A stretch of 64,000 bases of DNA from an uncultured Chloroflexia bacterium (GTDB lineage: Bacteria > Chloroflexota > Anaerolineae > CG2-30-64-16). The position numbers and the translations under genes are program-made. Shown one piece after another: positions 45,019-56,500 of this stretch. Numbering within the stretch: position 1 is the first letter of the stretch; each line of letters begins with the position of its first letter. The stretch lies in contig CAVZDU010000005.1 of assembly GCA_963774265.1 (NCBI GenBank), positions 160,001 through 224,000 of the forward strand, in the 5' to 3' direction. The notes below the pieces were generated by a model. The model did no database searches, was not told the origin of the DNA, and was given only the letters and a program-made list of their open reading frames with translations.

Positions 45019-45152
45019 TCCTGCGAACTGCACCCCGCCGCGTATTGACGAGAGCCGGCCCGGCAGGGTATTATTTCGGTGAGGTTTTGCATAGCCATGA
45101 GTGTTGAGCCGGCCTTGAACCAAGTGCCGGTTTTCTCTTTTTGAGGTAGGAA

Positions 45153-48100
45153 ATGTCAATCATGAAACCACTGTCTTTCCAGGAAGTCATCATGCGCCTG
45201 CAGGCATACTGGGCAGAGCAGGGCTGCCTGATCTGGCAGCCGTACAGCGAGAAGGTGGGCGCGGGCACGGCGCAACCCGGCCACCGTGCTGCGCGTGCTG
45301 GGACCCGAGCCGTGGAACGTGGCCTACGTGGAGCCGAGCTACCGGCCCGACGATGGCCGCTACGCCGAGAATCCCAACCGCATGCAGATGCACACCCAGT
45401 TTCAGGTGATCCTGAAGCCGGCGCCCGGCCAACTCCCAGGAGCTGTACCTGGGCAGCCTGGAGGCCATCGGCATCGACCGCCACAAGCATGACATCCGCT
45501 TCGTCGAGGACAACTGGGAGTCGCCTGCGCTGGGCGCGTGGGGCCTGGGCTGGGAGGTCTGGCTCGACGGGCTGGAGATCACCCAGTACACCTATTTCCA
45601 GCAGGCCGGCGGCTTCCCGCTGGACCCGGTGCCCGTCGAGTACACCTACGGTCTGGAGCGCATCGTCATGTACCTGCAGAGCGTCAAAGAGGTCTGGCAG
45701 ATCGACTGGGACGGCCACCGCACCTACGGCGACGTGCTCAAGCAGCCCGAGATCGAGCACTGCAAGTACGACTTCGAGGTGGCCGACGTCGAGCCGCCTG
45801 AAGCAGATGTACGATCTGTTCGAGGCCGAGGCCAAGAGCTGCCTGGCGCACCGGCTGGTCATCCCGGCGCACGACTACGTCCTGCGCTGCTCGCACACCT
45901 TCAACCTGCTGGATGCGCGCGGCGCCATCGGCGTCACCGAGCGCGCCGCACTTCTTCGCGCGCATGCGCGACCTGGCGCGGCAGGTGTCCGAGGCCTACG
46001 TCGAACAGCGGGAGCATGAGGAGTACCCGTGGCTGGAAGATACCGGATTGAAGGTTGACGAGGCTTACGCGCGATCTGTCACGTTCCAATCGTCAATCTT
46101 CGATCTTCAATCCTCAATCTTCGCCGTATCTGCTGGAAATCGGCACCGAGGAGCTGCCCGCCGGCGACCTGGTCGACGCGATCGCGCAGCTTGAAGGCGA
46201 GCGTGCCGAAGCTGCTCGACGAGCTGCGGCTGGCCCACGGCGAGATCACGTGTCACGGGCACGCCGCGGCGGCTGGCGGTGCTGGTCGAGGCGCTGGCCG
46301 CCAGCGCCAGGCGAACGAGGAGATCGCTGGTCAAGGGCCCGCCGGCCGAGCGTGCCTTCGATGCCAGCGGCGCGGCCACCCCGGCGGCGGTCGGCTTTGC
46401 GCGGAAGAACGGCGTGCCGGTCGAGGCGCTCGAAGTGCGCGAGGAAGGCGGCCGGCCGCTACGCTTTACGCGGTCGTGCGCCGCGAGGGCCAGCCGACGC
46501 TCGACGTGCTGGCCGAGGCGCTTGCCGGGCCTGGTCGCCGGCATCAAGTTCGGCAAGACGATGCGCTGGAACGCGTCCAACGTCGCCTTCTCGCGGCCGA
46601 TCCGCTGGTTTGTCTCGCTGCTGGGGCGAGACGGTCGTGCCGTTCAGCTATGCCGGCCTGACCGCCGGCACGCACCACGCGCGGCCCGCGCGCCGAGGGC
46701 TCGCCCGAGCTGGAGGTCGCGCAACGCCGACGCATATTTGCCGCTGATGGCCGGGCACCAGGTGATCGTCGACCGGGCAGCCCGCCGGCAGGCCATCGTG
46801 GCCCAGGTCGCCGCGCTGGCGGCCGAGGTTGGCGGCGCGATCCCCGACGATCCCGGCCTGCTCGACGAGGTGACCGACCTGGTGGAGCAGCCCACCGCGC
46901 TGCGCGGCAGCTTCGCCGACGACTACCTGCGCCTGCCCAAAGAGGTGCTGATCACGGTCATGAAGAAGCACCAGCGCTACTTCCCGATCGTAACCTCAGC
47001 CGTGCCGGCGGCCACGCCGGCACGGCTGAGCGCATGCTGCCCTACTTCATCACCGTGCGCAACGGCCCGGCCGAGCACGTGCGACGTCGTCACGCGAGGG
47101 CAACGAGGGCGTGATCCGGGCTCGCTATGCCGATGCGGCCTACTTCTTCCGTGCCGACACGGCGCGGCCGCTGGAGGCGTTCACGCCCCGGCTGGCCACG
47201 CTGACCTTCCAGGAGAAGCTCGGCTCGATGCTCGACAAGGTGCACCGCGTCGAGCGGTGGTGCCAGCGCTGGCCGGCCAGCTGGGCCTGGACGAGGCGGA
47301 GCGGGCCACTGCCGCAGCGCGCGGCCAGCGCTCTTCAAGAGCGACCTGGCGACGCAGATGGTGGTCGAGCTGACCTCGCTGCAGGGCATCATGGGCCGCG
47401 AGTACGCGCGGCTCTCCGGCGAGCCGGAGGCGGTCGCGAACGCGATCTACGAGCACTATCTGCCGCGCTTCCAGGGCGACGCAGTGCCGACCAGGAGTCG
47501 CATGCGAACCCGGCCTGCTGCTGGGCATCGCCAACCGGCTCGACTCGCTGGTCGGCCTGTTCGCCGTGGGCCTGGCGCCCACCGAGCACCGCCGATCCGT
47601 TCGGGCTGCGCCGCGACGCGCTCGGGCTGGTCGGCGCCCTGGTGGGACGCCAGCAGACCGTTCGATCTGCGGCCGGCCCTGCGATGCCGCTGCTGCGCAG
47701 ATGCCCGTGGCGGTCTCGCGACGCCAGGTCCTGGCCGACGTGCTGACCTTCATCCGCGACCGGCTTTATGTGTGGCTGCGCGACCAGGGGCTGCCGCACG
47801 ACGTGGTCGCCGCGGTGCTGGCCGAGCGGGCCCACGATCCCTACCGCGCGGCCGTGGCCGCACGTGAGCTGGCCGGCCCTGACACAGGCGGCCCGGCTGG
47901 AGCGACATGTCTCACGGCTTATGCCCGCTGCAAGCGCATCGTCCGCACCCTGACCGAGACATATCACGCTGGCGCCCGAGCACTACACCGAGCCGGCCAC
48001 GCGCGGGCTGTACGATGCCGTCCTGGCAGCCGAGTCGGCGCATGGCGCAGGCCGATCGGCGACGATGGCCCTGCTGGGCGAGGTCCTGCGCGGACCTGCA

Positions 48101-48243
48101 GGCGCCGATCAACCGCTTCTTCACCGACGTGCTGGTGATGGCCGAGGATCCGGCCGTGCGCCAGGCGCGGCTGGCGCTGGTGCAGCGCATGGCGGCATTG
48201 CCTGACGGGCATTGCCGACCTGAGCCAGCTGCAGGGATTTTAG
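45153..48243 (+). CDS. glyQS: Glycine--tRNA ligase alpha+beta, probably fused; many frameshifts
   Basis: Alpha motifs [48 protein letters not shown]; beta motifs [54 protein letters not shown]; ends DLSQLQGF*. Confidence 0.93.
46045..46121. repeat. Heptamer tandem/inverted repeat in the glyQ-glyS linker
   Basis: ggattga aggttga ... tccaatc gtcaatc ttcgatc ttcaatc ctcaatc. Confidence 0.7.
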
Positions 48244-48271
48244 TCGCAGACTTCGAAGGTTTTGCAGGAAC

Positions 48272-50835
48272 ATGATTCCACATAAACTGCACGTCCGCAA
48301 CTTCATGTGCTACCGCGAGGAGCAGACTCTCGACTTCTCCGGTATGCACCTGACCTGCCTGACCGGCGACAATGGGCACGGCAAGTCGGCGCTGCTCGAT
48401 GCCATCACCTGGGTCTTGTGGGGCCGGGCGCGGGCGCGGCGCGATGACGAGCTGATCACGCTCGGCGAGACGGACATGTGGGTCGACCTGGAGTTCTCGC
48501 TCGGGCCCCAGACGCTATCCGCGTCTCGCGGCAGCGCAGCAAGAAAGGCCGGGGCCAGAGCGACCTGCATTTCTACGTCTGGAACCCGTCTGGCAATGAC
48601 TGGCAGTTGCTCGACGAGGGCAACCTGCTCGAGCGGCAGGCACAGATCACGCGCACTCTGCGCCTCGACTACGACACCTTCGTCAACTCGGCGTTTCTGC
48701 TGCAGGGCCGGGCGGATTCGTTCACCGTCAAGACACCCACCGAACGCAAGCAAATCCTCGCGGACATCCTGGGCCTCAGTCGGTACGACCACTACGAAGA
48801 GCGCGCCAAGGAGCAGGTCCAGGCTCGCAAAGAGCGCACTATCGGCATCGACGCAGAACTGAGGAGCATCGACGCGGAGCTGACGCATCGGGAGGAGTAC
48901 GCCGCCAGGCTGCTTGAAGCCGCACGTTCGGTCGAGCAGGCTATGGCCAGCCTGCGCCTCGCGGAGGCGGAGCAGGGGCAGTTTCGGACGCAGGTCCAGG
49001 CGCTGCGCGGCCAACAGGGGCAACTCAATGACCTGCGCGGTCACATGACGCGGGGCGAAAGGGAGCTGGCCGATCTGCGAGCTCAGCTCGGGCAGGCGCA
49101 GGCGCGGCTCAAGATGCTCGAAGACGTGCTGGCGCAGCGCGCGGAGATTGAGGCTGGCTGGAAGCAGTTGGGGATCGCGCGGGAGGCCGAGGCCGGGTGG
49201 AACAATCGTCTACTCGCGCACAGCCAGCTCCAGGCCAAGCTCAACGGGGCGCAGCGCGCGGTGGATCAGGCGCGCGCCGACCTCCTCGCGGAGCAACGCC
49301 GGCTGCAGGCGCACGCGACGGAGCTGGACAGCAAAGCGGTCGCCGTCGAAGGGCACCGGCGGACGCTGGCCCAGGTACAGGCGCTCCTCGCGGAGATGGC
49401 AGAACAGCAAGCCCGCCGCGAAACGATCGCCGCCGAGCTACGTGAAGTGATCGAGGCCGCGGCCGGGCTGCGCAATGAGAGAGACCGTGTCAAGGCCGAA
49501 GGGCAGGCCGTGAAGGATCGGCTGACCCTGCTGCACGAGTCGGAAGCCGCGGTCTGCCCGGTGTGTGATCAGTCATTGAGCCCCGAGCATCGCGAGCACG
49601 CCGAACAACAGCTCTCCAGCGAGCGCGACGCACTGGCCGAGCGCTACCGGGTCGCGACCGCGCAGATCAAGGAGCTGGCCGAACGCAAGTCCAGCCTCGA
49701 AGCGGAGGAGCGCGAGCTCGCACAAGCGCTCCACACCCGCGACGCCCGGCAGCGGCAGGCCGCTCAGACGGAAACGCTCGTCGCGGACGGTGAGGCTGCA
49801 GCCACCCAACTGGTCAGCGTGGCCGAGCAGCTCGCCCAGGTTGAACAGCGCCTGGCAAGGGAAGACTATGGCGGATCGGCCCGACTGGAGCTGGCCGGTA
49901 TCCTGGCCGCCATCGTCGAGACGGGTTACGACGGACAGGCCCATGCCGGGGCCCGCAAGGAGGTCGAGCGGCTGCTGCCGTTCGATGAGCGTTACCAACG
50001 CCACTTGCTCCCCGCGCTGGACGGCCTGGTTGAGGCGCAAGAGCGCTGCGAGTTGCTCGCCGGCCAGGTCGCGCGGTGGGCGGAGGACCTGGCCGAGGAC
50101 CAGGTGCGCCGAGGCGAACTGGAGGCGGCCGTCGCTGAGCTGCCGCAGTTGGAGGCGGTGCTCAGGCAGGCGGATGCACAGGTGCAGGCCGCGGACCAGG
50201 CCAGCCGCCGCGCGCAGCAGCAGCAGGGCGCCGCACAGCAGCAACTGGACGCGTTGGACCGGCTTGTGGAACGCGGCCAGTCGCTGCGCGGGCAACTGGA
50301 TGCGCTCAACGTCGAGATCGGCATCTACGCGGAGCTGCGCGAGGCCTTCGGCAAGAAGGGCATCCAGGCGATGATCATCGAGAGCGCCATTCCCGAGGTT
50401 GAGGTCGAGGCGAACCGACTGCTCCAGCGGATGAGTGAGGGCCGGATGAACGTGCGCCTGGAGACACAGCGCGAGAAGGTTACCGGCGGCGTCGCGGAGA
50501 CCCTCGACATCATCATCGGGGACGAACTGGGCTCGCGGCCTTACGAGCTCTTTTCCGGGGGCGAGGGATTTCGCGCGAACCTGGCCCTGCGTATCGCGCT
50601 CAGCAAGCTGCTGGCGCGGCGCGCGGGTGCGCAATTGCAGACACTGATCATCGATGAAGGCTTCGGCTCGCAGGACACGCGCGGGTTGAGCCTGGTGGTC
50701 GAAACCATCAACTCCATCAAAGACGACTTCCAGCTCATCGTGGTGATCACCCACATCGAAGAGTTGAAGGATCAATTCGGCGCGCGCATCGACGTGGTCA
50801 AGCACGCCACCGGGTCGCGCGTCTCGGTAGCGTAG
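48272..50835 (+). CDS. SMC/SbcC-family ATPase; frameshift near 48512
   Basis: Walker [10 protein letters not shown]-loop LLQG, coiled coil with zinc hook CPVC, signature FSGGE, Walker B IIDEGFG, ITH. Confidence 0.93.
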
Positions 50836-50842
50836 GTATCCC

Positions 50843-51802
50843 GTGGTCACATTCGACGACGTCCTCTCTGCCGCCGAACGCATCGACGGCATCGCTCATC
50901 GCACCCCGGTCGCCTCTTCGCGACTCCTCAACGAGGTCTGCCGGGCGGAGCTGTTCCTCAAGTGCGAGAACCTGCAGCGCGTGGGCGCGTTCAAATTCCG
51001 CGGCGCATATAACGCGGTCAGCCGGCTGAGCGACGAGGAGCGGTCGCGGGGAGTCATAACCCATTCGTCGGGCAACCATGCGCAGGCGCTCGCGCTGGTG
51101 TGCCGTATTCTCGGCGTGAAGGCCACCATCGTCATGCCCCAAGATGCGCCGGCCATGAAGCTGGCCGCGACGCGCGACTACGGCGCGGAGATCGTCGTCT
51201 ATGACACCGCGGTGGACACGCGCGAGGCCATCTCGGGCCGGCTGGCTGCGGCGCACGGCTATACCCTCGTGCCGCCTTACGATCACCCGCACATTGTCGC
51301 GGGCGCAGGGACCGCGGCCCTGGAGCTGTTCCAGGAGGTGGGCGAGCTGGACTACCTCTTCGTGCCGTGCGGCGGAGCAGGGTTGTTGAGCGGCTGCGCC
51401 ATTGCTGCGAAAGCCATGTCGCCCAAGTGCAAGGTGATCGGCGTCGAACCGGCCGCAGGCGATGACGCGACGCGCTCTTTCAAGACCGGCGTCCTCCAGA
51501 CCGTTCATAACCCGCGGACCATCGCGGACGGCGCGCGCACGCCCTACCTGGGGCAGGTGACCTTCCCCTTGGTGCGCCAGTACGTGGACGATATGATGAC
51601 CGTCGAAGACGAGGACCTGGTGCGGACGATGGTTTTCGTCTGGACGCGTATGAAGCTGGTGGTGGAGCCGACCGGGGTGCTGGGCCTGGCGGCGGTATTC
51701 AACCATCGTCTTGACGTAATGGGCAAGCGCGTCGGCGCGGTGATCAGCGGCGGAAACGTGGACGTGGCCCAGGCTGCAGCGTGGTTCGGGAGCCTGGCGT
51801 GA
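50843..51802 (+). CDS. PLP-dependent threonine/serine dehydratase family (threo-3-hydroxyaspartate ammonia-lyase-like)
   Basis: KCENLQRVGAFKFRGA, SSGNHAQ, PCGGAGL, VVEPTG, ISGGN. Confidence 0.92.
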   Translation: MVTFDDVLSAAERIDGIAHRTPVASSRLLNEVCRAELFLKCENLQRVGAFKFRGAYNAVSRLSDEERSRGVITHSSGNHAQALALVCRILGVKATIVMPQDAPAMKLAATRDYGAEIVVYDTAVDTREAISGRLAAAHGYTLVPPYDHPHIVAGAGTAALELFQEVGELDYLFVPCGGAGLLSGCAIAAKAMSPKCKVIGVEPAAGDDATRSFKTGVLQTVHNPRTIADGARTPYLGQVTFPLVRQYVDDMMTVEDEDLVRTMVFVWTRMKLVVEPTGVLGLAAVFNHRLDVMGKRVGAVISGGNVDVAQAAAWFGSLA

Positions 51803-51879
51803 CTTCGTTAGGATGATCCATTTTTGTATGATATAATAGCCTCCAACAGCGTGACAGGTCCCGAATCAACCGTCTTAGG

Positions 51880-51912
51880 AGCCCAGGCCTTTCGTGCCTG
51901 GGCTTTTTGTTT
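51880..51912 (+). terminator. Terminator-like hairpin
   Basis: agcccaggc-ctttcgt-gcctgggct followed by TTTTGTTT. Confidence 0.7.
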
Positions 51913-51960
51913 CCGGACCGTGCACAATTCCATGTACTGTCCGGAGGAAGGAATCCGACC

Positions 51961-52527
51961 ATGGAGCCACAACAGAGGCACAATGATGCGCAGTCCCCGC
52001 CCAGTAAGCTGCGACCGGGTGACCCTATCTTTCATCCCCGGTACGGTTTCGGCACCATTCAGGGCCTGACGCGTCGTGACCGCAGCCAACCGATCGACGA
52101 GCCTTCCGTGGCCGATCTTGGATCCGACCGGGTGGAAGACTATTACGAAATCCATCTCAGCCAGGGAGGGACGCTGCTTGTGCCTGTCCAGCGGGCCGAA
52201 AGCGTTGGTTTACGCCGCCTATCGGTCGGTATTGAGACGATCAAGCGTTGTCTGAACTCTCCTGCACAGGGCTTGCCCAGCAATTACCGGGAGCGGGCCG
52301 CAGCCCTGCAGGTGCGCGAACAAGGCGCCGAGCCAACCGCGCTGGCTGATTCCGTGCGCGATGTACTGGCTCAGAGTCGTGAGCGAACGCTGTCAAAGGG
52401 TGAGAGAGCCTGGCTCGACAAGTCGTGCCAACGCCTGGTCGCCGAAGCGGCACTGGTTGACCGCACCACGGTGCTCGAGGCTCAGGCTGCCTTGCGCGCG
52501 GCCGTGAATCAGTTGGATCTTGGTTAG
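51961..52527 (+). CDS. CarD-family transcription regulator (divergent)
   Basis: GDPIFHPRYGFGTI, YYEI, LLVPVQRAESVGLR, LPSNYRER; RBS GGAGG. Confidence 0.85.
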   Translation: MEPQQRHNDAQSPPSKLRPGDPIFHPRYGFGTIQGLTRRDRSQPIDEPSVADLGSDRVEDYYEIHLSQGGTLLVPVQRAESVGLRRLSVGIETIKRCLNSPAQGLPSNYRERAAALQVREQGAEPTALADSVRDVLAQSRERTLSKGERAWLDKSCQRLVAEAALVDRTTVLEAQAALRAAVNQLDLG

Positions 52528-52566
52528 GTCATCCCCTGCCAGATTCCCTTGCTGGAGAGGAATATC

Positions 52567-53527
52567 ATGTTCGACAAGATCTTGGTCCCCCTGGACCGCT
52601 CAGCGCTGGCCGAGTGCGTCTTGCCGCATGCCATCGCGCTGGCCCGCGCGCTCGACTCCCAACTGATTCTGCTTCACGTCTTGTCGGTGTCCGACAAACC
52701 GGATCGCCTGCGCGCGGTGGACCCTCTGGAATGGCAGCTGCGCCGGGCCGAGGCCGAAAGCTACCTCCAGGCGGTCTGTGCGCGGCTCCAGGAGGCAGGG
52801 GTCCCGAGCGAGGCCCAGGTGACTGATGGCGATGCCGCGGAGATGATCGTGGACTTCGCTCACGACCACGATATTGGTCTGGTGCTGATGGCCAGCCACG
52901 GTCAGAGCGGCCTTAGCGGCTGGAACGTCAGCAGCGTCGTGCAAAAGGTCATCATGCGCGCCCGCGCTTCGCTCATGATCGTACGCGCATATGAGCCGGC
53001 GCAAACCGACAGCTTCACCCTGCAATACCAGCGGATCCTGGCGCCGTTGGACAACTCGGCGCGTGCAGAATGCGTCCTCCCGCTCGCTGCCGTCCTGGCC
53101 CGCATCCCAGAGACCCAGATCCTGCTGGCCCACGTGGTGCAGCGCCCGGCGATGCCCCGCCGCACGCCCCCGAGCCAGGAGGAGATCGAATTGGCCGACC
53201 GGCTCGTGGAGCGCAACCGCATCGAGGCCGAGAACTACCTGGAGGTTGTTCGCCTCCAGCTCCCGCCGTCGGCAGTTGAGACCCGAGTGCTTGTCGGCAA
53301 CCAGGCGGCGAGTACGTTGCACGAGTCTGGTCGATCAGGAGCGCATCGATCTGGTGCTCCTAAGCGCCCATGGCTACTCCGGCGAAACGCGCTGGCCGCA
53401 CGGCGGGTTGGTTGCCAGCTTCGTGGCGTATGGTTCATGTCCCTTGCTGATCTTTCAGGACGCACCCGGTGAGCAGTCCACACTGACCCAGGCCGAAGCC
53501 GCCGTGCGCAACTACGAAAGTCGGTAG
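52567..53527 (+). CDS. Tandem-domain universal stress protein; frameshift near 53326
   Basis: KILVPLDRS..AE, LVLMASHGQSG, second RILAPLDNS, shifted DLVLLSAHGYSG. Confidence 0.9.
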
Positions 53528-53530
53528 GGC

Positions 53531-56500
53531 ATGACCAACGAGGAGATATTAGAACCGGCGCCGGCCGGCCGATTACGCGCAGGAGGAAATTCGGGACTCG
53601 GGCACACCGGCCGCTGCTGCTGGCGCAGCCACACCCGGACCTGGCGCCGAACCCTGGTTGTTGGCCGGTCTGAAGGCAGCAGGAGGCATTTCTCGAGAGT
53701 ACGGTAGACCATTTCCGAAGTGGGCAGGGACAAGAGACCCTCTCCCATGCGGCCGAGTGGATGCTGGACAACTTCTACCTGGCCCAGCAGTCGTTGCGCC
53801 AGGTCCGCGGCGACATGCCGCGCAGCTTCTATCGGCAGTTGCCCAAGCTGGTTGCCGGTCCCTTACAGGGTTATCCGCGCATCTACGATCTTGCGCAGCA
53901 GCTTGTGGCCCAGAGTGATGCACGGCTGGATCTGGAACATGTGCAGCACTTCGTGTGGCTCTACCAGGAGATCCAACCACTCACGACCGGTGAGCTTTGG
54001 GCTTTGCCGGTCATGCTGCGCTGGAGTGTTCTGACGGTCCTGGCACAGGCAGCCGGTCAAATCACCGGATTGACCCCCCAGGTCAAAAAATCTCGCGGCC
54101 AGGGTGGACCCTCCGTCCCGCCCCTGTCCGGCTCGCCCACCGGTGACGAAGTCGTTGCGAACTGCTTCACCAGCCTGCGAACCATCGCCAACTATGATTG
54201 GCGCAGACTTCTTCGAGAGCGTGAGCCAGGTGGAGCGTGTCCTGCGGACCGATCCCTCTGCCGTTTACGCCCGAATGGACCTCACGACGCGCAATCGGTA
54301 TCGCGGCGTCATCGAGGAACTGGCCGCGGAGAGTGGTCAGAGCGAGCCGGATGTCGCCCATGCAGCGGTCGCACTGGCTCGAGGGGACGGGCAGAACCTG
54401 CCCCCGTCCGAGAGGAACCCATCGAAGACGAAGGTCAGGCAGATGCGGCTGTTTGGCTGGGACTAGACATGCCTCCCGCTGCGCACGTGGGCTACTATCT
54501 GGTAGACGACGGCCGTGTGGCCCTGGAGGACAGCGTCGGCTACCGCCCCACGCCGGGAAAGAAGCTCGCGCGTTGGATCCTGAAGCACCCGTCCGTGGTT
54601 TACCTGGGTTCAATCCTCCTGCTGACGCTGTTGATGCTGGCCGGGTCCACCTTCTACGCCGCTGCCCGTGACGGTTCTGTGCTGCAAGTGCTGCTGGCTG
54701 CTGCGGTCACCTTCATGCCCGCCCTCGCGGCTGCGATTGCCCTGGTCGATTGGGTCGTCACCCTTGCCGTCCCGCCCCGCATCCTGCCCAAGCTGAACCT
54801 CTCCGGGCAATCGGGCGCAAGCGGCATCCCCGACTCCTGTCGCACGATGGTGGTCGTTCCAGCGCTCCTTGGCAGCGTGCATGACGTGACCTCGCTGTTG
54901 CGCCAGATCGAGCAGCACTACCTGCGCAACCCCGACCCCAACCTGTACTTCGCGCTTCTGACCGACTTCGGTGATGCCGCCCAACAACATATGCCCGGCG
55001 ACGCCGCGCTGTTGGAGCAACAACAGGCCGGCATCGTCTCGCTGAACGAGCGTTACGCCGCGCTGACCGGCACCGGGGGTCATCCTGGCCCATTCTGCAT
55101 GTTCCACCGCGAGCGTCTCTGGAACGAAACAGAGAATCGGTGGATCGGGTGGGAACGCAAACGCGGCAAACTCCACGAGTTGAATCGGTGGCTCCGTGGC
55201 GCCACCGACACGTCCATCGTGTCCTCCATCGGACCGGCCGCCGAACTCCGGCAGGTGAAGTACGTGATCACCCTGGATTCCGACACGATCCTGGGGCGAG
55301 ACGGAGCCCACGAGCTGATAGGCACGCTGGCTCATCCATTGAACCACGCCCAGGCTGATCCAAGCACAGGACGCGTGCTGCGTGGCTACGGGCTGTTGCA
55401 GCCGCGCACTGAGATCACGCCGACCAGCGCCAACTTCTCGCGCTTCAGTCGCATCTTCGCTGGCGACATCGGCCTGGATCTCTACACCAACGCCGTCTCC
55501 AACGTTTATCAGGATCTCTTCGGCAGCGGCATCTACGTCGGCAAAGGCATCTACGATGTAGACGCTTTCGAAAGGAGCCTGGCCGGCCGCGTCCCCGAAA
55601 ACACGTTGCTCAGCCACGACCTGTTCGAGGGCATTCACGCCCGCGTTGGCCTGGTCACCGACATCGTCTTGTACGAGGACTACCCGCCCACCTACCTGAC
55701 GCATATACGCCGGCTGCGTCGCTGGACGCGCGGCGATTGGCAGCTCCTGCCGTGGTTATTGCCGCACGCCCTGAAGCCTGCCGGGCTAGCCGGAGATCAA
55801 GGCCGACTTCGGGCTGATCGACACCTGGAAACTCCTCGACAACCTGCGCCGCAGCCTGCTGCCACCGGCGCTGCTGCTTATGCTCGTAGTGGGCTGGCTC
55901 CTTCTGCCCGGCGCGGCTTGGGCCTGGACGCTGGCCGCGCTGACCGCGCTGGCTGCCGCCTGCGCTCATCGGCTCATTGACGCCGTTTGCGCGGGGGCCC
56001 AGTTGGGCGGCATGGCGGCAATCAGCCCGCTCCGTGAGAGATGGGCTGCGGCGTTGGCTCCTCGCCATCGCCTTTCTGCCTTTTGAAGCCGTCCAAATGC
56101 TCGAGGCAGTCGTCACCAGCCTGGTTCGAGTGATGATCACCCGCCGGCGCCTGTTGGAATGGCTCACCGCCGCGAGGTCTGCCCAACGCGAAACCGCAAT
56201 CGGCAGCCGCGGGCGGATGTGGCGCTTCATGCTGAGCGCGCTGCTCCTCGCCGCGGCCATTGGAATCCTCGTTCTCTCGCTTCCGGCCATCCAGTCTGCT
56301 CGTGGCCCTGCCGCTGCTTCTCGGCTGGGCGCTGGCGCCCGAGATCGCCTTGCGCATCAGCGAGCCGGTCCGGCATACCCCCGAGCCCATCACGGAAGCG
56401 CAGACCATCGCCCTGCGCAGCCTGGCGCGGCGCACCTGGCTGTTCTTCGAGGACTTTGTCGGGCCGGACGATCACTGGCTGCCCCCAGACCACTACCAGG

